The notes beneath the pieces are model-generated. The model did not search any database. It had not been told where the DNA came from and saw nothing but the letters and a program-made list of their open reading frames with translations. From Roseburia sp. (GTDB lineage: Bacteria; Bacillota; Clostridia; Lachnospirales; Lachnospiraceae), in NCBI GenBank assembly GCA_019421345.1, contig JAHZFL010000003.1:209799-273798 (forward strand): a stretch of DNA of 64,000 nt. Reading direction: 5' to 3'. The position numbers and the translations under genes are program-made. Numbering within the stretch: position 1 is the stretch's first letter; every line of letters begins with the position of its first letter. Below, piece after piece: positions 48,912 through 56,406 of this stretch.

Positions 48912-48940
48912 AGTATATACAATAGTAGTTTCATTGTCAA
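48912..48940 (-). promoter_or_regulatory. Sigma-70-type promoter of the RiPP operon (TTGACA-17nt-TATACT)
   Basis: On the minus strand, TTGACA is at 48940-48935 and TATACT at 48917-48912 with 17-nt spacing. An A/T-rich UP-like tract lies upstream. The -10 hexamer ends about 43 nt before the precursor ATG. Confidence 0.55.
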
Positions 48941-50075
48941 GAAAATTTTTGTATTTTATTACTAATTGATATTGTAAAAGTATAGTGATGTTGTAACATA
49001 ATTTTTTACAACCCTACTTCACGCATTTATAAAAAATATACAGAAAAGAGATTTGAAAATGGTGCAAAAAAGTTTATGACAAAAAATCCAAAGTTCAGCC
49101 TTTGAAAATTAGTATAAAGATGGGGTTTGAAGATGAAGAAAGAACTGACCATTAATAAAATACTCTCGGCGGCTGGAATAGGCATGCATAAGTTATCTGA
49201 TTGGATTTGGGAACTGGTACTTAGATACCGATTAACCACTATGAGTGTTACAGAATACTCGTTTAAACTAGGAAAAGGAGTCTCTAGACGAGACAAGCGC
49301 TTTTTTGTCGCCGGCGTTCAGAAGTCTGATGTTAATATAACTAGTGTCCGGATAATGATTATGTTATCTAACCAAAATCCAAATAAACTTAGTTTTGAGT
49401 AATCCCAGATTTTTTCTCTGGCATCTTCTGTTTTTAAAGTACCAGTTAACTGTTTTGGAACTTGAATTTCATGTCATACTTCTATGCATCTAGTTCTTTG
49501 TTGAAACATTACAGATTCCCTACCCTCCTGAAAAGGTAGGTTCGGTTCACTGAATAAATTTAAAAAAATTCAATTCCAGCATCGTTAGCTAGACTTTATG
49601 TTAAAAAAGAATTTTTTACTGCAGTTTTTAATTTTCACTTTTGATTCGAAAGTTTTTCTCATGAAATCGCAATCATTTAGGTCTATAGATTGTTTTTATC
49701 ATTCTTTGTTAAAGTGGCTGTGCGATTGTAGATTCTGGCTTTTGATTCTCTATACAAAGCGGCAACACTTTTTTAAGAGTTGCCTCCTTCTATACTAAGA
49801 CAAACTAGTTATAAATCATCGAACAGAAAAATCAACTTTCCAATACCTTTATTATGCTCTGTATAATGCATCTAAATATGTTTATCTATATAACCTACTC
49901 CTACTATAATCTCCACACATTTATATTTGCACAATGTACTAATGATCTACTGATCTCTCTTACGTCTTCTTTAATTTTGCCATATAGTATCATCTTCCGG
50001 TATTTCGGTATGAATACTATGTAGTATTGGCATTTCCAACAAGTATGTGACATGCTTTTATTGTCTATCCGAACC

Positions 50076-50134
50076 AACTGCTATGTTATATTGAGTTTGG
50101 CTTACAACGCCATTCTCAATATAACATAGCAGTT
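50076..50134. repeat. Perfect 20-bp inverted repeat (AACTGCTATGTTATATTGAG / CTCAATATAACATAGCAGTT), 19-nt spacer
   Basis: Read directly from the sequence. It lies in the non-coding AT-rich tail of the island and is followed by TTTCTT on the plus strand. Confidence 0.8.
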
Positions 50135-50451
50135 TTCTTATTGATACCCTCACTGTTTCCACCTACACTATTCTACCCAGCATAGTTATGCGAATAGTCT
50201 TTTCCTTTAACTTTGAATTTAAATATTTCCTTTGAAAGCGCCTAAAAAGCTACTCTTTTATCATACAGCTTTCAAAATTCCAAAAATTATCCCTGATTTT
50301 TTCTATCTAATATGCATTTTTTAAATTTATTAAAAAAGCTAATTTTTGACTTAATTTAATAGTTAGTCTCTCTTTTTAAAGAGCTTTTCGTATATGAAAT
50401 ACAGTAAAACATGTTCTATAAAACCTCTAAATCCCGACTCTCACACGGCAT

Positions 50452-51762
50452 TTACCAGATCGACGCAACGGCAACCTCAAGCACCTTATCAAGCGGTGCG
50501 CGCGCCCGTCCGTTTCCGTCTGTTCCTTCAAAATATTTTCGGCTCGCAGACTCAAAAATAACATAAATATGTTCATCTGCGATCGCAATCTGTTCCGCAC
50601 ACGGCGGCATCTCTACATTCATGGTCGGCTCATTCGGACTCTGCGTCAAGGTCAGCAGCGACGCGTACACCTTCAAATAAGAGGAATTATTCCGCCCGTA
50701 AGATGTACTCAGATAGACCGTTCCGTCTGCGTCAAAGGCAATGCCCTGCACCTTGCTGGGAATCCGAAAGCTGTTTACGGAGGAAAGCTGATTGCTTTTT
50801 TCATCGTAGCTGTAAGAACGCATCTGGGAATCCAAAATCTTCGTATGAGTCGCTACCCAGATTCTTCCTCCATAGCAGGTAATGCTTGACGGTATGTTTT
50901 TGAGGCGATACTCATCCGTCATTTCCGAAATGTCGACACAGCGGCGGTCGGATCTTTTTGCCATAGATCGGATGGTAGTATATGGAATGCGTTCCAACGT
51001 CTTAGCGCTTGAATGGCAGACCCAAACATTGTCTCCGTCAAAGGCAATGCCGCCGAGATGACTGTCCTCCCTCATGCGGAGCGTCACGAGATATTCTCCG
51101 CTGCTGCGGTCAAATACCATCAAAGAACCGCTGCTTTGTGCCTCCTCTGCATAGGCGGTCATCAGGATATAGTCAGGCGTAAAGCAAAGTCCCTGCATAC
51201 ACTGTGCATCGCTGCTGATCATAGCCTCAAGATAATCACGCTCTCTCGTGGATGGCATACCCGGAATAACAAGATCGTCTAAAAAGTCATACTGACAGTC
51301 TCTTAATTCCTTATGATTTCTTCCCTCAATCGCACCCGACCGATAGGTGTACATCTCAACATTATAATAATTATCAATTTCCTTGGTCCACTTTGCAAAA
51401 AGGACCATATTTTTAGCAATGCTCTGATCGATCCGTGTGATCTTGTCTGTACATGCACGATCAGTATACCATCCCGCAAAATTATAGCCCTCGCGCTCCG
51501 GAATGCTTAAAGTGTACGGCAGATCCTCCTTTGCAATGATAAACGGATTCTTATTTCCCGTTCCGCCGTTTAATGCATAGGCAAGATGTATCTCCTCCAA
51601 GTCCGCAAAAGAGATGGCGGTCTTTTTTACCATATCCATATTTTCCAGCTTATTCATTGCCTCCGTTCGAATTTCCAGCGCATAAACCCGAAGCATCTGC
51701 GGCTCATTGAAAAGGAGGGTAAATACAAATATTACAAGAAATAGTTTTCTGTGCAAGCTCAT
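50452..51762 (-). CDS. Secreted hypothetical protein with InlB-B/Flg_new-type repeat and repeat-rich C-domain
   Basis: 436 aa with a signal/anchor helix. EGYNFAGWYTDRACTDKI...VLFAKW matches the Listeria-Bacteroides repeat pattern. Recurring GIAFDxDxxV(W/Y) segments suggest a beta-propeller-like fold. Confidence 0.45.
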   Translation of the reverse strand: MSLHRKLFLVIFVFTLLFNEPQMLRVYALEIRTEAMNKLENMDMVKKTAISFADLEEIHLAYALNGGTGNKNPFIIAKEDLPYTLSIPEREGYNFAGWYTDRACTDKITRIDQSIAKNMVLFAKWTKEIDNYYNVEMYTYRSGAIEGRNHKELRDCQYDFLDDLVIPGMPSTRERDYLEAMISSDAQCMQGLCFTPDYILMTAYAEEAQSSGSLMVFDRSSGEYLVTLRMREDSHLGGIAFDGDNVWVCHSSAKTLERIPYTTIRSMAKRSDRRCVDISEMTDEYRLKNIPSSITCYGGRIWVATHTKILDSQMRSYSYDEKSNQLSSVNSFRIPSKVQGIAFDADGTVYLSTSYGRNNSSYLKVYASLLTLTQSPNEPTMNVEMPPCAEQIAIADEHIYVIFESASRKYFEGTDGNGRARAPLDKVLEVAVASIW

Positions 51763-51810
51763 GTATTTCCCTCCTCTCCGTGTACTGTAAAATAATCTTA
51801 GCCCTTGTTT

Positions 51811-53901
51811 CTAGTCTTCCATATTTTCAAGCTTTGATGCCCGTGCCTCAACTTCCTTTTGCTGGATGTCTAAAGGCGCCTGCTCATATCTTGCAAATTC
51901 ATAAGAAAATGTACCGTTTCCTCCTGTCATAGACCGTAAATCCGTATTGTAGCCATAGAGCTCCATATAAGGAATGTCCGCCAGAATCTCCTGATAACCG
52001 CCGTTTACCGGGTTCATGCCAAGCACCCTGCCGCGCCGTCTGTTCAGATCTCCCATAATTTCACCGGTATATCTGTCCGGTACGCAGACCTTTAAGGCTG
52101 CAATCGGCTCTAACAAAACAGGAGAAGCCTCAAGAAAGCCTTTTTTAAACGCCTGCACGGCAGCAACCTTAAATGCCATCTCAGAAGAATCTACCGGATG
52201 ATAGGAGCCGTCATAGAGCACTGCCTTAACGCCGACAACCGGATAAGCTGCCATTGGACCTTTCAAAACAGCTTCCGCAATTCCCTTTTCCACTGCCGGA
52301 AAATAATTTTTTGGAACAGCACCTCCAACCACACACTGCTCAAAGACATATGGCTTCTGCAAATCTCCGGACGGCTCAAACGTCATTTTGACGTGACCGT
52401 ACTGCCCGTGACCGCCCGATTGCTTTTTATATTTATATTCTACATCCGACTTTTTTCGGATCGTCTCGCGGAATGCAACCTTTGGTCTGCTCAATTCTAT
52501 CGCAACCTTATAGCGGTCAAACAGCTTGCTTGCAGCAACCTCCAGATGCTGGTCGCCCATACCATATAAAAGCGTCTGCCCGTTCTCTGTATCTGTGACT
52601 GCCTTTAAGGTCAAATCCTCCATCATCAGCTTTTGCAGCGCCTGAGAAATCTTATCCTCATCGCCCTTATTTTTTGCCTTATACCTTTGACAGGTATAGG
52701 GTGTGGAGATTGTCGTGCGAATATACAAAATAGGATTTGATTTTGTGGAAAGCGAATCGGTCGTTGCTGCCGAGGACAGCTTTGCAAGCGCTCCGATGTC
52801 TCCCGCATGAAGCTCCTTTACCTCCTCCGGCTTGCTGCCGCGCATGACATAAAGCTTTCCGATTTTTTCCTCCGCATCCTTATGATGATTAAACAAAATA
52901 TCATCTGTCTTTAAGACCCCGGAATTGACCTTGATCAGTGAATATTTTCCGATAAACGGGTCTGCGATCGTCTTCCAGATATATGCAGACTTCGGTTTTG
53001 CAAAATCATAATCGGCATTGTAAACGTCGTTTGTTTTTGCGTTGATGCCGGTACAACTGCGCTTCTCGGGACTTGGAAGATATTTTACGATGTCTACCAT
53101 CAATGTATACATGCCACGCGCCAATAGATTGGAACCCATTAGGACAGGAACCATACTGCCGTCTGCCACATTGACACGGAGCGCCTGACGGATCTCATCC
53201 TCGGAAAACTCCTCGCCGTTAAAATAGCGCTCCATAAATTCCTCGCTCGTCTCGGCTACCGCCTCCAGCAGAGCTTCCCGGCAGAGCTTTAGATTTTCCA
53301 TCGAATAATCGGGTATTTCTGTTTTTTCTACCTCGCGGTTCTCCTTCCAGCGCTTTGCACGCTGCTGCAGCACATTGACATAGCCCACAAACGCACCGTT
53401 CTCACGGATTGGCAGATGAAACGGAGCGATGCGCTTTCCGTACAGCTCCTGCAAGTCCGTGACAACCTGCCGGAAGCTCGCTTCGTCAATATCCATATCG
53501 GTCACAAATACCATGCGCGGCAGCTTATATTTTTCACAAAGCTCCCACGCCTTGCGTGTGCCGACTTCAATCCCAGCCTTGCCGGAAACAACGATAATCG
53601 CGGCATCGGCTGCGCTGACAGCCTCCTCCGTCTCGCCGACAAAGTCAAAATAGCCCGGTGTATCAAGAATATTCAGCTTTGTATCGCCCCAGATGATCGG
53701 AACGACCGAGGTTTGGATCGAGAAAAGGCGTTTTGTCTCCTCCTTATCATAATCACTGATGGTATTCCCGTCCTCCACCTTTCCCATACGCGTCGTCATG
53801 CCGGAAAGATAAGCCATCGCCTCCACAAGGCTTGTTTTGCCGCATCCGCCGTGTCCAAGTAAAACTACATTACGAATCTTGTCTGTTGTGTAAACATGCA
53901 T
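51811..53901 (-). CDS. Elongation factor G paralogue (EF-G2-like translational GTPase)
   Basis: Start set at the ATG at 53901 (AAGGAGGG upstream). G1 GHGGCGKTS, G3 DTPGYFDF and TDMD (NKxD-like). EF-G domains II-V are recognisable (e.g. GDIGALAKL). Confidence 0.8.
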   Translation of the reverse strand: MHVYTTDKIRNVVLLGHGGCGKTSLVEAMAYLSGMTTRMGKVEDGNTISDYDKEETKRLFSIQTSVVPIIWGDTKLNILDTPGYFDFVGETEEAVSAADAAIIVVSGKAGIEVGTRKAWELCEKYKLPRMVFVTDMDIDEASFRQVVTDLQELYGKRIAPFHLPIRENGAFVGYVNVLQQRAKRWKENREVEKTEIPDYSMENLKLCREALLEAVAETSEEFMERYFNGEEFSEDEIRQALRVNVADGSMVPVLMGSNLLARGMYTLMVDIVKYLPSPEKRSCTGINAKTNDVYNADYDFAKPKSAYIWKTIADPFIGKYSLIKVNSGVLKTDDILFNHHKDAEEKIGKLYVMRGSKPEEVKELHAGDIGALAKLSSAATTDSLSTKSNPILYIRTTISTPYTCQRYKAKNKGDEDKISQALQKLMMEDLTLKAVTDTENGQTLLYGMGDQHLEVAASKLFDRYKVAIELSRPKVAFRETIRKKSDVEYKYKKQSGGHGQYGHVKMTFEPSGDLQKPYVFEQCVVGGAVPKNYFPAVEKGIAEAVLKGPMAAYPVVGVKAVLYDGSYHPVDSSEMAFKVAAVQAFKKGFLEASPVLLEPIAALKVCVPDRYTGEIMGDLNRRRGRVLGMNPVNGGYQEILADIPYMELYGYNTDLRSMTGGNGTFSYEFARYEQAPLDIQQKEVEARASKLENMED

Positions 53902-54150
53902 GTGCAAACCCTCCTTATCCTGTGATCATACTTTGTATGGTTATATTCTACTAAATTTTCATGTTTATTACAACTTATTTATTCAACTTTACCAGATAAT
54001 TTATATTAACATATAGTTATATAGAGTATGTATATTTTTTGAATATTTCGACAATTTTTCCGCCTATCGTTTACATATTCGTTACAATTTTTCTTTTTCG
54101 CTTTTTTGCTTTGATGTTGATTTTTCGGACGGAAATGATATGATGATATA

Positions 54151-54195
54151 AACAATGAGCGACACGCTTCGCGAGCCACTCTTATGTTAAGCAAA
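54151..54195. repeat. Dispersed GC-rich intergenic repeat, copy B
   Basis: Sequence aacaatgagcgacacgcttcgcgagccactcttatgttaagcaaa. It is 42/45 identical to copy C at 58047-58091 and ends 18 nt before the tyrA ATG. Confidence 0.85.
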
Positions 54196-54212
54196 GGACG
54201 GGAGAACAAACT

Positions 54213-55310
54213 ATGATACCGCAGAAAATCGGCTTTGTGGGTCTCGGATTGATCGGGGGCTCGATTGCAAAATGCTTCAGACAATTAAAAAAAGACATCA
54301 TCATCGTTGCTGCCGATGCGCATGAGGATACGATCACACAGGCATACCGCGAAGAATTGATCGAAAATGAAATCAGTTGCAGCACGTCTGATTTTTATGA
54401 CTGTGACTATATTTTTTTGTGCACGCCTATCCGGGTGAACATACAATATCTGCGCCTGTTAAAAGATCATGTCAAAAAAGACTGTATCATCACCGATGTC
54501 GGCAGCGTAAAGAGCGAAATACACCGCGAGGCGGAAGCTCTTTTTCTGAATCGTCAGTTTATCGGCGGTCATCCGATGGCAGGCTCTGAAAAAGCGGGAC
54601 TTTCCAATGCAAGAGCGTCGCTCCTTGAGAATGCTTTTTATATTTTGACGCCTACAAAAGAGACGCCTGCCGACGCTTTAGAGCAATTTACCACGCTCAT
54701 CCGGTCGCTTGGCGCCATTCCCATCGTTTTGGATCATACCCTGCATGATTATGCAACTGCGGCAATCAGTCATCTTCCGCATGTGATCGCCTATAACCTT
54801 GTCAACCTTGTCCGAACCTGCGACGATGAAAATGAGACGATGAAAACGATTGCTGCCGGCGGCTTTAAGGATATTACAAGAATCGCTTCCTCCTCTCCCG
54901 CTATGTGGGAAAATATCTGCCTCTCCAACAAAAAGCCTCTTGCAGGGCTGATCGATACCTATGTGCAGATGCTCCTACAGACGCGCGATGCCATTCTTAT
55001 CGAGGATAAGGACAGTCTGACGAACGCCTTTTCCGAGGCAAAAAATTACAGGGACTCAATTGCGATACACAGCAGCGGTGTCTTAACGCCTGTCTATGAG
55101 ATTTATCTCGACCTATTGGATGAGGTCGGGCAGATTGCCGCAGTAGCCGCGCTTTTGGCTGAAAATCATCTGAGCATCAAAAATATCGGTATCATCCACA
55201 ATCGGGAATTTGAGGAAGGCGTGCTTCGTCTGGAAATGTATGACAAACCCTCTGCCGATGCCGCAAGCGCTCTGCTGCAGGACCGCAGCTACAAAATTTA
55301 TAAGCGCTGA
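54213..55310 (+). CDS. tyrA: Prephenate dehydrogenase with C-terminal ACT-like domain
   Basis: 365 aa. Rossmann motif IGFVGLGLIGGS. Motifs DVGSVK, GGHPMAGSE and SHLPHVIA. Confidence 0.85.
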   Translation: MIPQKIGFVGLGLIGGSIAKCFRQLKKDIIIVAADAHEDTITQAYREELIENEISCSTSDFYDCDYIFLCTPIRVNIQYLRLLKDHVKKDCIITDVGSVKSEIHREAEALFLNRQFIGGHPMAGSEKAGLSNARASLLENAFYILTPTKETPADALEQFTTLIRSLGAIPIVLDHTLHDYATAAISHLPHVIAYNLVNLVRTCDDENETMKTIAAGGFKDITRIASSSPAMWENICLSNKKPLAGLIDTYVQMLLQTRDAILIEDKDSLTNAFSEAKNYRDSIAIHSSGVLTPVYEIYLDLLDEVGQIAAVAALLAENHLSIKNIGIIHNREFEEGVLRLEMYDKPSADAASALLQDRSYKIYKR

Positions 55311-55325
55311 CTTATATTAAGAAAA

Positions 55326-55365
55326 AACGGATTTCCTGTTTCATTTAAGAAACAAGAAATCCGTT
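55326..55365. terminator. Bidirectional terminator (17-bp stem with one mismatch) between tyrA and cutC
   Basis: AACGGATTTCCTGTTTC / GAAACAAGAAATCCGTT with a 6-nt loop, flanked by AAAAA and TTTTT. Confidence 0.75.
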
Positions 55366-55368
55366 TTT

Positions 55369-56130
55369 CTACCTATTTGTTTCAAGCTTTGCAACCGTCA
55401 TACAAAATTCTCTGACGGTCTCCTCACTGACACAGGGATATTCTGTCCAGCCTTCCCCTTCCTTTAGGGCAAACGAGACATTTTCTCCATGCGCCGTGTG
55501 ATCTTTCCGCATACTCTGACAAGAGCTGTGCACCTGTGAGATTCCTGTCCTGCAGATCAATGCTTCGACATTCGTGCTGCGCACGCCGCATCCGGCAAGC
55601 AGCTCAATCTGACTTCCATATTTCCCCTGCAGATAAGCGATCGTTTCCATGCCCTGCGGAGCAGTTGCTGCCCCGCCGCTCGTTAAAACGCGGTCAACAC
55701 CAAGCGCTATCAAGCGCTCCATGCCCTCCGCAAAATCACGCAGACAATCAAATGCGCGATGAAAGACCGCCGTACGTCCACAGGAATGGATCAATTCCAC
55801 AAGACGGCGCGTACGGGAAACATCCACCATGCGCTCCGGCGTAAGTATGCCAAAGGCAAGACCGTCTGCCCCTGCCGCAAGCATTGTTTCAGCGCTTTTT
55901 TGCATACTCAAAAATTCGTCCTCCGTATAACAGAAGCCTCCGGCACGCGGACGGAGCATTGCTATCACCGGAATCGAAAGTCTTTCCTTACATAAAAGTA
56001 AATCCCCGATGTCAGGCGTTAAACCTCCAAGCGGCAGAGCGCTGTTTAATTCAACCCTCGACGCCTTACCCCGCATTGCAGCAAGCGCATCCGCATAGCT
56101 GCCGCAGCAAATCTCGGTCTGTATTTGCAT
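55369..56130 (-). CDS. cutC: CutC-family protein
   Basis: 253 aa. Motifs EICCGSYADALAAMRGKASRVELNSAL..GGLTP and HRAFD. The start overlaps the ptsH stop (TAATG). Confidence 0.8.
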   Translation of the reverse strand: MQIQTEICCGSYADALAAMRGKASRVELNSALPLGGLTPDIGDLLLCKERLSIPVIAMLRPRAGGFCYTEDEFLSMQKSAETMLAAGADGLAFGILTPERMVDVSRTRRLVELIHSCGRTAVFHRAFDCLRDFAEGMERLIALGVDRVLTSGGAATAPQGMETIAYLQGKYGSQIELLAGCGVRSTNVEALICRTGISQVHSSCQSMRKDHTAHGENVSFALKEGEGWTEYPCVSEETVREFCMTVAKLETNR

Positions 56131-56387
56131 TACAACTGTTCTTCAAAAAACTTCTTGAAAGCTTCGATCGCTGCATCCTCATCCGGACCATCCGCAGTTA
56201 CGGTTACCTGATTGCCGCATTTTACGCCAAGCGCCATAATTGCCATCAGTCTGCTGACGTCAACCTCTTTGTCATCCTTTTTCAAAAGAATCTTACTCTG
56301 GAAATTCTTTGCCTCCTTTGCAAGAAGACCTGCAGGTCTTGCGTGGATACCAAGTGCGTCCTTTACAACATAATTAAATGATTTCAT
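56130..56387 (-). CDS. ptsH: Phosphocarrier protein HPr
   Basis: 85 aa. GIHARPA contains the phospho-His15 context. Confidence 0.9.
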   Translation of the reverse strand: MKSFNYVVKDALGIHARPAGLLAKEAKNFQSKILLKKDDKEVDVSRLMAIMALGVKCGNQVTVTADGPDEDAAIEAFKKFFEEQL

Positions 56388-56406
56388 TGCTGTTCCTCCT
56401 TTTTTG

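Larger units (their letters stand above)
42681..50443. other. AT-rich genomic island (RiPP operon plus ~1.5 kb gene-poor tail) bounded by imperfect direct repeats
   Basis: Hand G+C counts of 60-nt lines: 47281-47340 is 17/60 and 44101-44160 is 20/60. The flanks are 37/60 (41461-41520) and 31/60 (50641-50700). Direct repeats are CACGGTATT-ACCAGATC (42664-42680) and CACGGCATTTACCAGATC (50444-50461). Confidence 0.55.

Noticed and set aside
48518-48969. Two plus-strand track ORFs (81 aa and 67 aa) covering the precursor region
   Set aside because: They lie antisense to a minus-strand ORF that has a proper RBS, promoter and operon context. Their sequences are low-complexity (Ile/Phe/Leu/Tyr-rich), as expected from AT-rich antisense frames. 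No RBS was seen.
49027-49402. Overlapping 89-aa (-) and 91-aa (+) ORFs just beyond the RiPP promoter
   Set aside because: They are mutually exclusive and have no convincing RBS. The minus-strand product looks non-protein-like. The plus-strand one (MKMKKELTINKILSAAGIGMHKLSDWIW...) has a faint HTH-like start, then degenerates. It could be a gene relic, but I cannot support a call.
49598-49798. 66-aa hydrophobic Cys-containing ORF (+), considered as a possible immunity peptide
   Set aside because: It lies in about 25-30% G+C DNA where such ORFs arise by chance. It has no RBS, and its end overlaps a hairpin. There is no support beyond hydrophobicity.
42681-50443. Integrase, transposase or recombinase that would explain island mobility
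   Set aside because: None of the ORFs or the frames I read in the non-coding tail shows tyrosine- or serine-recombinase or DDE motifs. Mobility is inferred only from composition and the flanking repeats.
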